Shown: positions 1 to 9,092 of the stretch, in pieces
How the letters are laid out: every line of letters starts with the position of its first letter
Position numbering within the stretch: the first letter of the stretch is position 1
Source of the DNA: Escherichia phage vB_Eco_ZCEC08
Reading direction: 5' to 3' (one strand)
DNA length: 47,926 nt
Sequence record: PP213477.1
Notes under the pieces: model-generated
Told to the model about the DNA's origin: nothing
Databases searched by the model: none
Seen by the model: only the letters and a program-made list of their open reading frames with translations
Position numbers and translations under genes: made by a program

Positions 1-1425
1 ATGGCTAGAAAAAGACTCTCAAGTGTGGCAATCGAAAAACTTGAACAGGCGGTTGGAAACTCAACTTCAAAGCCTGAGTCTGCTGTATTTGGCATTGTTA
101 ACAAACTGCTTGCCGATGGTACGCCTAATGTTATAAAGCGCCTAAAAATGACATCAACAGGCGTATCTGAAACAAACGAAGAACCAACAATCCTCATTCC
201 CGAGAGAATGGAATTACTGCTTTATCCTCGCCGTTTCAAAGTGTTCTATGGAGGTAGGGGCAGCGGAAAGACGGCTAACGTTGTTTCTTACCTTATAGAA
301 AAGGCAAGATTTCGCAACAGCCGCGTCGGATGTTTCCGTGAGATACAGAACTCAATCAAAGAATCAAGCTATGCCGAACTGGTTGATGAGATAAACAGGA
401 AAGGACACACTCAGGAATATCGTTGCGTGGATGGTGAAATAACCCACCATTCAACGAGGTCAAAGTTTGTTTTCCGTGGTTTGTGGCGAAATATAACCGC
501 CATTAAGGGTATGGCTGGCCTTACAGATGTATTCTGTGAAGAATCAGAAAATATCAGCCAGGTTTCATGGGATACGCTAATCCCAACAGTCCGCGCCGCT
601 GGCTCTGAAATTATTATTGTTTTTAACCCAAACAAAGAGACGGACCCGACATGGACTAACTTTGTTGCGCCTTATATTGACAAGATGGTTGACGGCATAT
701 ATCAGGATGATGACATCGTTGTTGTTAATGTTAATTACATCCACAACCCGTGGTTCACGGAAGAACTTAAGCAGCACATGAACCAGATGAAAGCTGTGGA
801 TTATGATCGCTACCTTTGGGTGTATGAAGGCTTATTCAACAAGCGGTCTGACGAAGCTGTTCTCGGGGGGAAATGGCAAACACTCGACTTTGAACCATCT
901 CCTGAGTGGGGTGGGCCTTACTACGGCATTGACTTTGGTTTTTCTCAGGATGCAACAGCAGCAACTGAATCATATGTAGAAGATTTGGGTGATGGACGAA
1001 GAAACCTGTATATCTATCGTGACTTTGCAAAGGTTGGCCTTGAGATAACTGACACGCCGGAAGCGATGCGCTCAGCATTCCCAAATTCAGAGAAGTACAG
1101 ATGGTATGGGGATTGCGCAAGACCTGAAACAATAAGCCATATACGACGCTCTGGATTCGATATTCATCCGTGCGCAAAATGGCCGGGGAGCATTGAGGAC
1201 GGTATTACGTGGCTGCGTGGGTGTGACAGGATTTACGTGCACTCAAGATGCAGGCACGTCATTGAAGAGATGACAATGTACAGCTATAAGGTGGACAAAT
1301 TAACAGGTAACATACTCCCTGATATAGTTGATAAATACAATCACGCGATTGATAGTTTACGCTATGGACTTGGAGATCACATCGTTCAACGCGGTAGCGG
1401 GATGCTAATCCGGCGCAGGCGATAA
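1..1425 (+). CDS. terL: terminase large subunit
   Basis: 474 aa; P-loop FYGGRGSGKTA near N-terminus; sits upstream of portal; preceded around the circle by candidate terS and an HNH gene. Confidence 0.85.
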   Translation: MARKRLSSVAIEKLEQAVGNSTSKPESAVFGIVNKLLADGTPNVIKRLKMTSTGVSETNEEPTILIPERMELLLYPRRFKVFYGGRGSGKTANVVSYLIEKARFRNSRVGCFREIQNSIKESSYAELVDEINRKGHTQEYRCVDGEITHHSTRSKFVFRGLWRNITAIKGMAGLTDVFCEESENISQVSWDTLIPTVRAAGSEIIIVFNPNKETDPTWTNFVAPYIDKMVDGIYQDDDIVVVNVNYIHNPWFTEELKQHMNQMKAVDYDRYLWVYEGLFNKRSDEAVLGGKWQTLDFEPSPEWGGPYYGIDFGFSQDATAATESYVEDLGDGRRNLYIYRDFAKVGLEITDTPEAMRSAFPNSEKYRWYGDCARPETISHIRRSGFDIHPCAKWPGSIEDGITWLRGCDRIYVHSRCRHVIEEMTMYSYKVDKLTGNILPDIVDKYNHAIDSLRYGLGDHIVQRGSGMLIRRRR

Positions 1426-1441
1426 ATCCGCATCACCACAC

Positions 1442-1470
1442 TTGACCAATCTACACCGAGCGCATAGTAT
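1442..1470 (+). promoter_or_regulatory. sigma70-like promoter (TTGACC - 17 nt - TAGTAT) followed by ATCTACATCA motif
   Basis: hexamers read directly; lies 30 nt upstream of the ATG at 1502. Confidence 0.4.
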
Positions 1471-1501
1471 AATCTACATCAGGATTATCGGAGATATCAC
1501 T

Positions 1502-1708
1502 ATGCGCAGCTATGCAGGATTTACACAGGAGGAAAAAGAACAGGTTTACTCACTGGCGCGGGCTGGTGTGCCAGATGAGGTGATATGCCGTCGGTATGAT
1601 ATTGACGAGGATTTCCTGCTGCGCGTCATTGATGATGTTTTCGTTAACCTGCAGGAGAAGCGCGGGTACAAGGGTATCTGTTGCAAGAATGATTTTTTGA
1701 GAGGGTGA
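1502..1708 (+). CDS. hypothetical protein (68 aa)
   Basis: internal ATG (residue 21 of ORF 1442..1708) preceded by GGAGA; first gene after terL. Confidence 0.45.
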   Translation: MRSYAGFTQEEKEQVYSLARAGVPDEVICRRYDIDEDFLLRVIDDVFVNLQEKRGYKGICCKNDFLRG

Positions 1709-1709
1709 T

Positions 1710-2117
1710 GTGGTTAATAATAAATTAAAGAAAATAATCCGCGATGCTGCGGATAAGAAATACACCAAAAAGATTGATATATCATTCATTGATGGTGCTG
1801 GCCTGTACAATCACGCCTGTCATCTGAATGCAGTAAACAAGGCTCGCGATGGGAGTTCGTGTGCAGTGGTTGAAGTTGTGGTGATTGATGATAAGTCAGT
1901 GATTGCACATTACATCAATATGCAGTCAGATGGCTCTTATGTTGATTACACGCTTGGCTGGCACTGGTCTGGTGCTGATTACAGGTTTGTTCGGTTCGTC
2001 CCGTTTGCCGAGTGGTCGGATATTACAGGTTCGTTAAGCAGACTAAAGGCTGAGCTGTGCAAACCAGTGGCTAAATGGCAGAAGTTGTTAATGATAACTG
2101 ATGGTGAACTTTGTTGA
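1710..2117 (+). CDS. hypothetical protein (135 aa, GTG start)
   Basis: ORF track; GAGGGTGA ribosome-binding site just upstream; stop/start coupled to neighbours. Confidence 0.5.
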   Translation: MVNNKLKKIIRDAADKKYTKKIDISFIDGAGLYNHACHLNAVNKARDGSSCAVVEVVVIDDKSVIAHYINMQSDGSYVDYTLGWHWSGADYRFVRFVPFAEWSDITGSLSRLKAELCKPVAKWQKLLMITDGELC

Positions 2118-2122
2118 GGTGA

Positions 2123-2314
2123 GTGATGATTATTGATGAAACGAAAAATTGTTATGAACTGCAAGTTAGTCATAGCTTTGGTGATTACCCTATCATGATG
2201 CTTACTTCATTCCGTGAAGGTGATGATGTTAACTCTATCGGTATTGACAAACACCAAGCCATGCAACTAATCGAAGCCATGAAACGCTGGGTTAATGGTG
2301 AGGAGATTGAGTGA
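2123..2314 (+). CDS. hypothetical protein (63 aa)
   Basis: ORF track; junction GAGGTGAGTGATG couples it to the upstream gene. Confidence 0.45.
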   Translation: MMIIDETKNCYELQVSHSFGDYPIMMLTSFREGDDVNSIGIDKHQAMQLIEAMKRWVNGEEIE

Positions 2315-2499
2315 TGAGCGTTTATTTTATTCATGCTGAAGTTATGTGGGGTGGTGATACCATCAAGAAGATTTCATGTATGGCCTCTACAAGTAATGCC
2401 ATTGAGGCGTTTAACTCATTCATGAGTTGTAGTGAGGTTAATGAGTTTAAACTTGGTGGGTATGATGTTGTCATTGATAAACTGGAAAAGGTGGAGTGA
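2311..2499 (+). CDS. hypothetical protein (62 aa)
   Basis: ORF track; start overlaps upstream stop. Confidence 0.45.
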   Translation: MMSVYFIHAEVMWGGDTIKKISCMASTSNAIEAFNSFMSCSEVNEFKLGGYDVVIDKLEKVE

Positions 2500-2660
2500 T
2501 GGCGCTATTCTGGTCGTTCTGGATTCCACTTAATTTTATGTTCTGGTGGTTTATAGCAGCCGGAGTGCAAGAGCCAAGCAAGATACATTTCATGATTAGT
2601 TCATTTTTCGCTGTGATGACTGGTGTTGTGCCATGCTTGTTGTATCAATATTTCAAATAG
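2499..2660 (+). CDS. small hydrophobic protein (53 aa)
   Basis: hand-translated MALFWSFWIPLNFMFWWFIAAG...; ATG overlaps upstream TGA (GTGATGG); below the ORF-track cutoff. Confidence 0.35.
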   Translation: MALFWSFWIPLNFMFWWFIAAGVQEPSKIHFMISSFFAVMTGVVPCLLYQYFK

Positions 2661-2670
2661 AGGTGGAGTG

Positions 2671-2868
2671 ATGCATTTCAAATCACTAAATACCATAAGG
2701 AACGAGATGGTTGGTGGCAAATATAAAAACCACAGAGACGAAGTAGTAACCGTTGTTAATGTTGTTGGCGCTGGCGGTGGTTATCAGGTCCATTTTAATT
2801 ACGGCATGCCATACAATGTGGTTTGCGGACTTGGCAAGTTCAGGCAGCGATACCCGCATAAGGTTTAG
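2671..2868 (+). CDS. hypothetical protein (65 aa)
   Basis: internal ATG (residue 17 of ORF 2623..2868) preceded by AGGTGGAGTG. Confidence 0.45.
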   Translation: MHFKSLNTIRNEMVGGKYKNHRDEVVTVVNVVGAGGGYQVHFNYGMPYNVVCGLGKFRQRYPHKV

Positions 2869-2889
2869 CCATATACCATCCATGCTATA

Positions 2890-2917
2890 ATCCCATCCAA
2901 CGTGATGGGATTTTTTA
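2890..2917 (+). terminator. rho-independent terminator candidate (CCCATC..GATGGG + T-run)
   Basis: hairpin followed by TTTTTTATT between the early small genes and portal. Confidence 0.5.
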
Positions 2918-2927
2918 TTGGTGACAT

Positions 2928-4340
2928 ATGTCAAAAATTGATGCACTAAACGCTTATATACGCGACCGCGTAGCGAACAATAACCGGGCGATCCAGCAGC
3001 AACGGCTTTGCGCTGGCGGGAAGAATCTGGACCAGAAGCGAGAGTTCATGTGGAAGGAACTTGGCTACCCGCAGGAAATCACCGCCGAGATGTTCCGCTA
3101 TGCCTATGAGCGACACCCAGCCGCCGCCGCTGGAATTAACCGCATTATTAATAAATGTTGGCAGAAATACCCTGAAGTTATCGAAGATGGCGAGGATGAC
3201 AAGAACTCAACGACATGGGAGCTGTCCATCAACGACATGATGAAGCGCGCCTACCCGTTCATCAAGGAGGCTGATAAGCGCAACGCCATCAACCGCTATT
3301 CCGCTGTTATCCTGCAAATCCGTGACGGCAAACAGTGGAGTGAGCCTGTAGACATTACAAAAACCCGCCGCATTAAAGATAAATCCATCGCTCGCTTTAT
3401 TCCGGTATGGGAAGAGCAGCTACGCGTTAGCGCATGGAATAACGACGAAACCAGCGAAGACTACGGGATGCCTGAGATGTACGAATATCAGGAAAGCGCC
3501 GTGGAGGACTTCGATAGCGATGGCAAGCCTGAGCGTTCCGTGCAGATTCACCCTGACCGCATCATCATTCTGGCTGAGGGTAGTTTTGACGGCAGTATGT
3601 TCAGTGGCATCCCGATGTTGCGTGCTGGCTACAATAGCCTTATCGACATGGCTAAGGTTTCAGGTAGTTCAGCAGAAGGATTCCTGAAGAATGCCAGCCG
3701 TCAACTGGCTGTTAACTACACGAAGGACAACGTAACGCCAGCAAGCCTTGCGCAGTCTATGGGTGTCGATATTGAAGAACTCACTGACATCATGAATGAG
3801 AACATCGAAGCGCTAAACTCAGGCATCGACGCAGCTATGTTCACAATGGGGGCGGATGCAAAGGTGCTTGCCGTAACGCCAGCCGACCCGAAACCAACAT
3901 GGGAAGTGGCTGCCAACCAGTTCGCTGCATCAATGGCGCTTCCGTTCACCGTCATTTTTGGTCAGCAAACCGGACGCCTTGCGAGTGATGAGGACAAGAT
4001 GCAGGAGGCGATGACAGCCAAGCAGCGCCGCGAAACGTGGGTTGATTATGTCATCTCAATGTTCGTTGAGCGCATGATTCAGTTCGGCATTGTCGATAAA
4101 GCACCGGCAAATGGCTACAAGGTTAAGTGGGATGATCTGCTTGCCCCATCAGAGCTGGATAAAGCTGAATTGCTGTCCAAGCTCGCCACTGCGAACAAGT
4201 CCTTCTTTGATGCTGGTCAATCTGCACTGCTGACCGTCGATGAAGCTCGCGGCATGGTTGGCATGGAGCCGATTGAGCTTGATGAAAGCTACCGCGAAGA
4301 CACACCACCGGAAGACGAAAATGAAGATACTCCGGTTTAA
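2928..4340 (+). CDS. portal protein
   Basis: 470 aa; position directly after terminase region and before head morphogenesis gene; acidic C-terminus. Confidence 0.7.
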   Translation: MSKIDALNAYIRDRVANNNRAIQQQRLCAGGKNLDQKREFMWKELGYPQEITAEMFRYAYERHPAAAAGINRIINKCWQKYPEVIEDGEDDKNSTTWELSINDMMKRAYPFIKEADKRNAINRYSAVILQIRDGKQWSEPVDITKTRRIKDKSIARFIPVWEEQLRVSAWNNDETSEDYGMPEMYEYQESAVEDFDSDGKPERSVQIHPDRIIILAEGSFDGSMFSGIPMLRAGYNSLIDMAKVSGSSAEGFLKNASRQLAVNYTKDNVTPASLAQSMGVDIEELTDIMNENIEALNSGIDAAMFTMGADAKVLAVTPADPKPTWEVAANQFAASMALPFTVIFGQQTGRLASDEDKMQEAMTAKQRRETWVDYVISMFVERMIQFGIVDKAPANGYKVKWDDLLAPSELDKAELLSKLATANKSFFDAGQSALLTVDEARGMVGMEPIELDESYREDTPPEDENEDTPV

Positions 4341-5271
4341 CGCAAGACTTCCACAGCCGCGCATATCGCAGAGTCTTACCGACCCATTAGGCGCTGCGGC
4401 TCGCCTGCCGAAGATGGACAAGGTGATAACGCGAAAATACAAACAACTCATGGCTCGTGCGCTCGAGTTGTTTCGCACTATTCCGAGCAGTCAGGCTAAC
4501 GCAGAGTCAAGTGGCCTGTATTTCTACGATTTCAGTAGTGCGCGGGCCGCCACTTTTATGGATGAGTTGCAGGCGCTGATTGACGAGATTCTGCTGGAAG
4601 GTGATGATTTCGGTCACGGCAGGATGTGGGCCAATGTGTTCATCGGTGATGCATATCAGGCGGGAACGCAGAAGGCAAACTCAGAGCTATCAAGTCTTTC
4701 TCCGGTTTATGCTGAACAGCGACCGATTGCTGCGATACTCTACAGTGAGCCTTACCTGAACAGGCTGCAACTGGCGTACACATCCGGATATTCAGACTGG
4801 CGCGGACTGAGTGATTACTCCCGTCAGCAACTGGCATCCGTCATCATGGAAGGTATTGCCCGTGGTGCTAATCCTCGCGATGTTGAAGCTGATATTGTTA
4901 AGCGTGTGGATGTGTCTCATAGCTACGCGAAACAGTTGGCGCAGACTGAAATAACCGGAACGCTGCGACAGGCAAACAGGCGGGAGGTCATTGAGGCACG
5001 CGAAGAGCTAGGCATTGAGACGGTGATGCTGTGGCAGTCGGCATTGATGCGCACAACCCGCCAGACGCACGCGGCGAGACACGGCCGGTTTTACACGCCA
5101 GAAGAGATTGACACGTTTTATAGTGAGAATGGCAATAGATATAATTGCCACTGCGCACAGACTCCGGCTTTGTTAATGGGTGGTAAGCCGGTCATTCTTG
5201 AATCGTCGCAGGGAAGGCTTGATAAGCAGCGAGAAGCATGGCAATCAGCCAACAAAAAGCCCTCCAAGTGA
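4321..5271 (+). CDS. head morphogenesis protein (Mu F / SPP1 gp7-like)
   Basis: start moved to ATG overlapping portal stop; [16 protein letters not shown] resembles the F-family motif. Confidence 0.6.
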   Translation: MKILRFNARLPQPRISQSLTDPLGAAARLPKMDKVITRKYKQLMARALELFRTIPSSQANAESSGLYFYDFSSARAATFMDELQALIDEILLEGDDFGHGRMWANVFIGDAYQAGTQKANSELSSLSPVYAEQRPIAAILYSEPYLNRLQLAYTSGYSDWRGLSDYSRQQLASVIMEGIARGANPRDVEADIVKRVDVSHSYAKQLAQTEITGTLRQANRREVIEAREELGIETVMLWQSALMRTTRQTHAARHGRFYTPEEIDTFYSENGNRYNCHCAQTPALLMGGKPVILESSQGRLDKQREAWQSANKKPSK

Positions 5272-5290
5272 GGGCTTGGTTTTATTTCGA
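5256..5290. terminator. bidirectional rho-independent terminator
   Basis: AGCCCTC-CAAGT-GAGGGCT then TGGTTTTATTT; stop codon of the upstream gene lies in the hairpin; convergent genes on both sides. Confidence 0.55.
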
Positions 5291-5360
5291 TGGCTTATCG
5301 CATTTACTGCACCAACTATTAAGGCACATGCGCCCGCAATGCTTGCATATAGGCCACATA

Positions 5361-6011
5361 TCATTCCTCCAGTTTTACGCCGGGAATCTTGCCTGCCGCG
5401 ATGGCTTCATAAATTAGCTTGGCCTCATCCTCGCGCTTGTAATCTTGAGCTACCATTTCTAACACCGCGCAGATAGACTCAAGTACAGCCTCATGCTTCT
5501 TTTCTGCTTCTGTGCGTAATGGCTTTAGGCTTTCAGGAACGAAGCAGCATGATCGAACAGCACCACCCTCATCCCAGTAGCAAACAGCCACATCGTTTCC
5601 GTCCGTTGTTGTTTTGTGTGCCACAACTTCCATTTCAGTGCCGGCATCAGGAATCCAGGCATTGCGGTATCCTAACTTTGGATTGATGAAGAATTCTACT
5701 TTTGCACCAACTGGAGGTAGGCCTTCGCCGCTCCATGTTGGCTTTTGTGATGCTGCGAGTGCGGATTCGTATTGGCTTCTAGTTACCATTGCCTTCGTAC
5801 TGTCGCATGATAAAACAACATCATTATCAACTCGCCAGTATCCAACTAAACCCTTTCCTGTTCTGTGTCTCCAGCCAAATCCATTGTATCTTGGGTCATC
5901 ATAACGCCAGCAACAGAAATAGCCGTCGGCATCTTGCGTAACCACCACCCAGTTTTCGTTCCACCCACCACGCTTAGGTAATTCTTGAACTAACAGTTCG
6001 ATAAGTTTCAT
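5361..6011 (-). CDS. hypothetical protein (216 aa)
   Basis: ORF track; last gene of a minus-strand cassette. Confidence 0.55.
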   Translation of the reverse strand: MKLIELLVQELPKRGGWNENWVVVTQDADGYFCCWRYDDPRYNGFGWRHRTGKGLVGYWRVDNDVVLSCDSTKAMVTRSQYESALAASQKPTWSGEGLPPVGAKVEFFINPKLGYRNAWIPDAGTEMEVVAHKTTTDGNDVAVCYWDEGGAVRSCCFVPESLKPLRTEAEKKHEAVLESICAVLEMVAQDYKREDEAKLIYEAIAAGKIPGVKLEE

Positions 6012-6012
6012 T

Positions 6013-6264
6013 TCATTCTCCTAGCGCTTTGTTGATTGCACCCTGTGCTGATTTAATCACTTCTGGGTATGCGTCATTCCAGTTTTGCTTATACGCTTTA
6101 CTGAGCATTTTCTGCAAAGCCTCCAGAAGCTCAGGTGCTGCAGCGATGACGTTGGCATCATCCTTATTGGTAACATCGCACACGAATTGGTCGCCATTAC
6201 TATAGACCCCACCAAGTTCATCATCGTAATGCCACGACCCAGGGATTCCTTTAAATTCTTCCAT
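6013..6264 (-). CDS. Ead/Ea22-like family protein
   Basis: motif IAAAPELLEAL...INKALGE shared with ORF 37490..37771; ATG at residue 5 of the track ORF. Confidence 0.5.
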   Translation of the reverse strand: MEEFKGIPGSWHYDDELGGVYSNGDQFVCDVTNKDDANVIAAAPELLEALQKMLSKAYKQNWNDAYPEVIKSAQGAINKALGE

Positions 6265-6272
6265 CACCAACC

Positions 6273-6416
6273 TCACTTAATATATTCAACAATCTCAACT
6301 TCGCGCATCTGCACCAGACTAAATGGCGCAACCACCTTGCCGTACGGACGGATTTTGATTTGCTCAAGGCTGAACATTCTGCGACAACCGCTTTCTTTGA
6401 ATTTGACTATTGCCAT
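6273..6416 (-). CDS. small hypothetical protein (47 aa)
   Basis: hand-translated MAIVKFKESGCRRMFSLEQIK...; not in ORF track; first gene of the minus cassette. Confidence 0.3.
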   Translation of the reverse strand: MAIVKFKESGCRRMFSLEQIKIRPYGKVVAPFSLVQMREVEIVEYIK

Positions 6417-6440
6417 GATTTCTCCCTCACTCATCATTTA

Positions 6441-6477
6441 ATGTAGATACTATGCACCACCACTCAATCTACGTCAA
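6441..6477 (-). promoter_or_regulatory. candidate minus-strand promoter (TTGACG ... TAGTAT) with inverted ATCTAC motifs
   Basis: reverse complement reads TTGACGTAGATTGAGTGGTGGTGCATAGTATCTACAT. Confidence 0.35.
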
Positions 6478-6521
6478 TAGTCATTGTGATAGAATTAATC
6501 ATTATTTGAACTGGAGGCAGA

Positions 6522-6800
6522 ATGAAACTATCGCAACGAGGCGTGGAGACGTTTGGAATTACCGATGCCGTGGATATATCGCCTTACATCACTACCGAGA
6601 CAACGCAGAATCAGTTCGACGCGCTGGCAAGTCTTGCCACCGACATTGGCATTTACGCGTTCCGTAAATCAACGCTTCTGAAGAAGCACAACCTCCGCTG
6701 CTTCTCATGTGCTGTTGCGCATTTCATCGCGTGGGGCGAGAAGACTGGCGACAAAGCAAAACGCAAAGCTGAAAAAGAGGTTTACTGGTATGGCTATTAG
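6522..6800 (+). CDS. hypothetical protein (92 aa) upstream of endolysin
   Basis: ORF track; GGAGG upstream; not hydrophobic enough to call a holin. Confidence 0.45.
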   Translation: MKLSQRGVETFGITDAVDISPYITTETTQNQFDALASLATDIGIYAFRKSTLLKKHNLRCFSCAVAHFIAWGEKTGDKAKRKAEKEVYWYGY

Positions 6801-7254
6801 TAAAAACATGAAGGCGTTTCTGGATATGCTGGCGTACAGCGAGGGCACTGATAACGGGCGGCAGAAAACCAATAATCATGGTTATGATGTGATTGTTGGC
6901 GGCTCACTGTTTACCGACTATTCCGACCACCCGCGCAAGCTGATTAGCCTGCCAAGGCTGGGCATTAAATCCACCGCCGCCGGTCGCTATCAGGTACTGG
7001 CTAAGTTTTATGATGCGTACAAAAAGCAATTGCGTTTACCGGACTTCTCCCCCGCATCGCAGGACGCCATTGCAATGCAGCTAATCCGTGAATGCAAGGC
7101 CACCGCTGATATTGAGGCTGGTCGCATTGCTGATGCCATCCATAAATGCCGCTCCCGCTGGGCCTCATTGCCGGGCGCTGGGTATGGTCAGCATGAGCAG
7201 AAGCTGGATAAGCTGATTCGGGTATACAAAGAGGCTGGCGGAGCTGTGGCATGA
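6790..7254 (+). CDS. R: endolysin, lambda R-like lytic transglycosylase
   Basis: MAISKNMKAFLDMLAYSEGTDNGRQKTNNHGYDVIVGG...WASLPGAGYGQ matches the lambda R sequence as recalled from memory. Confidence 0.85.
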   Translation: MAISKNMKAFLDMLAYSEGTDNGRQKTNNHGYDVIVGGSLFTDYSDHPRKLISLPRLGIKSTAAGRYQVLAKFYDAYKKQLRLPDFSPASQDAIAMQLIRECKATADIEAGRIADAIHKCRSRWASLPGAGYGQHEQKLDKLIRVYKEAGGAVA

Positions 7255-7481
7255 AAAAGCTAAGCAACTGGCTGCTCGCCGCGTGGATTTCATTCTGCTC
7301 GCTGTTACAACTATGGCCTGATGCAATGATGCATGTGTGGGTAATGATGCCGGATGACCTGAAAGCAGCGCTACCGCCAATCGTGGTCAAAGGTGTGAGT
7401 TACTCCATCATGCTTGTCGGCATCCTCGGCAAAATGCACGGCATGAGGAAGGAAAACCGGAGGCTGCGCGATGGTGAGTGA
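7251..7481 (+). CDS. putative holin (two hydrophobic segments)
   Basis: 76 aa; hydrophobic stretches WLLAAWISFCSLLQLW and VSYSIMLVGILG, charged C-terminus; ATGA overlap with endolysin stop. Confidence 0.4.
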   Translation: MKKLSNWLLAAWISFCSLLQLWPDAMMHVWVMMPDDLKAALPPIVVKGVSYSIMLVGILGKMHGMRKENRRLRDGE

Positions 7482-7621
7482 GCAAAGAGATGTATTGGTG
7501 CTGGAATGGGTGCGCATAACCAGCAAGGAAGACAATATTGAGTCGGCGTGGCGCGCACTTAAAAATCGCTCACAATTGGTGCAGTTTGCAACTCGTCGGT
7601 GTTTTATATGGAGGTTGCGCA

Positions 7622-8113
7622 ATGATGTCGATTCTCGCTAAATACTGGCGACTGCTGGCAATTATTATAATTGTTGCTGCCTGCGCGCTATGGATTCGCG
7701 GAGAGGTTATAGACTACGGCGACCAGCGATACGCAGAAGGCAAAGCTCAAGCCATCGCAGACCAGAAGGCTGCAGACAAAAAAGAGGAGCAACGACGCAA
7801 TGCAGAACTGCAAAAGATTCAGTCCGACGCACAGCAAAGGATTGATGCTGCGCGCAATGATGCTGTTAATGCTGCTGCTAAGTCTGGCAGGTTGCAGCAA
7901 CAACTCACCAGTATCCGCAAGCAGCTCGTCGGATATTCCACCGCTGAGTCCATTGGCAACCCAGCCGCAGAAACCGGAGTTTTGCTTGCAGACGTGCTCC
8001 GCAAATCTGTCGAAAGAAATCAACAGCTGGCAGATTACGCTGACAGGGCGAGAGAGGCAGGATTGACGTGTGAGGCACAGTATAATTCTCTGCGTAATAA
8101 AAAAGCCCCGTGA
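7622..8113 (+). CDS. Rz: i-spanin (Rz-like)
   Basis: start at MMSILAKYWRLLAIIIIVAACALW (N-terminal TM segment) after GGAGG; coiled-coil periplasmic part; contains embedded Rz1 frame. Confidence 0.65.
   Translation: MMSILAKYWRLLAIIIIVAACALWIRGEVIDYGDQRYAEGKAQAIADQKAADKKEEQRRNAELQKIQSDAQQRIDAARNDAVNAAAKSGRLQQQLTSIRKQLVGYSTAESIGNPAAETGVLLADVLRKSVERNQQLADYADRAREAGLTCEAQYNSLRNKKAP
7845..8066 (+). CDS. Rz1: o-spanin (Rz1-like lipoprotein) embedded in Rz
   Basis: signal peptide MLRAMMLLMLLLSLAGC with lipobox LAGC; proline-rich mature region; lies wholly inside Rz in another frame. Confidence 0.65.
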   Translation: MLRAMMLLMLLLSLAGCSNNSPVSASSSSDIPPLSPLATQPQKPEFCLQTCSANLSKEINSWQITLTGRERQD

Positions 8114-8128
8114 TGGGGCTTTGTTTTA
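8100..8128. terminator. bidirectional rho-independent terminator
   Basis: AGCCCC-GTGA-TGGGGCT flanked by A-run and T-run; Rz stop codon in the loop. Confidence 0.55.
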
Positions 8129-8147
8129 ACCTTCTCCGTAGCCAATG

Positions 8148-8525
8148 TCACGCATAAAGCGCCTCCATCTTGTACCCAAACATAATTGCATTCTGATGCT
8201 CAGTGCTACCAGAAAACACCAGATAGCGTTTACCTCGATTATCCGTAACGATGTAGGCAGCTGGTGAGTTTTCCTTCCTAAATCTGGCTTCGTCATCACT
8301 CCCTTCATACATCCTCCCACTCGCTGGCAGATACAAATCGAATGTTTGAATTTCCGTTCCGCTGCATTCATTGCTACGTTCATTGAACAGGATAGCCAAT
8401 CTTGGGTTGCCATTGGAATGCTTTGCAGGGAATGCGATTCTCCAGCCATCGTACATATACTGACTTGGGTAGGATAGCCATGACTTACCGCGCCTACCCT
8501 CCGTAAGAATCGGCTTACTCGCCAT
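8148..8525 (-). CDS. hypothetical protein
   Basis: ORF track 8148..8573; start moved to MASKPIL (residue 17) with GGAGG upstream. Confidence 0.5.
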   Translation of the reverse strand: MASKPILTEGRRGKSWLSYPSQYMYDGWRIAFPAKHSNGNPRLAILFNERSNECSGTEIQTFDLYLPASGRMYEGSDDEARFRKENSPAAYIVTDNRGKRYLVFSGSTEHQNAIMFGYKMEALYA

Positions 8526-8790
8526 TATGATCCTCCACAATCCGCACCAGTGAGCACTCAAGATTCGGTGCATTGTAATTACCAGCCAGAAACAGCACGC
8601 TACCAGTGCTAATAAGCACCTGCTTCGCGTTCGCCTGCGACAGATTCTGCACGATGAATTGCGCTGTTTCTGTGCCGATTTTCAGCACTGCGCTGCCGTC
8701 GCTGTTCAGTGATACAAGTTGTGCGGAAGTGTCAGTAATGTTGGTGAAGTTCGCGTTTCGCTGCGCGATTGTGATGTCGCAAAAAGACAT
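8515..8790 (-). CDS. hypothetical protein (91 aa)
   Basis: ORF track. Confidence 0.5.
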   Translation of the reverse strand: MSFCDITIAQRNANFTNITDTSAQLVSLNSDGSAVLKIGTETAQFIVQNLSQANAKQVLISTGSVLFLAGNYNAPNLECSLVRIVEDHNGE

Positions 8791-9092
8791 TATTTAATCT
8801 CTCCGTTCAGTTCATTAACAATTAACGTTGCATAGCCAGCAATATCTTTCCAGCTGTCATCATAAGTCGGGTCGCCATTCAGAATGCGCCCAATCTTGTG
8901 CTGAATCATGTCGAGCGCCTCGCGTTGACTTGGTGTGAGATTGCGCCAGCCATCTACCTCGCGCATCACATCTTTCAACTCCTGCATAATTTCAGCGCCG
9001 TCTTTGAATTTACCGTATCGACTACCGCGTTCGGTGATGAGTCGCTCTGTTGCGTCAGTATGGCGCTTATCGCCCGTGATTTGTGAACTCAT
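8790..9092 (-). CDS. hypothetical protein (100 aa)
   Basis: ORF track. Confidence 0.5.
   Translation of the reverse strand: MSSQITGDKRHTDATERLITERGSRYGKFKDGAEIMQELKDVMREVDGWRNLTPSQREALDMIQHKIGRILNGDPTYDDSWKDIAGYATLIVNELNGEIK

Noticed and set aside
411-1177. Minus-strand ORFs inside terL (411..635, 577..777, 836..1177)
   Set aside because: Fully contained antisense to a well-supported large gene; typical shadow ORFs.
6085-6441. Plus-strand ORF of 118 aa overlapping the Ea22-like gene
   Set aside because: Antisense to two minus-strand genes that have ribosome-binding sites and a conserved paralogue; low-complexity translation.
7001-7622. Minus-strand ORFs across the endolysin and holin region
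   Set aside because: Antisense to the endolysin, whose identity is strong; no start signals.
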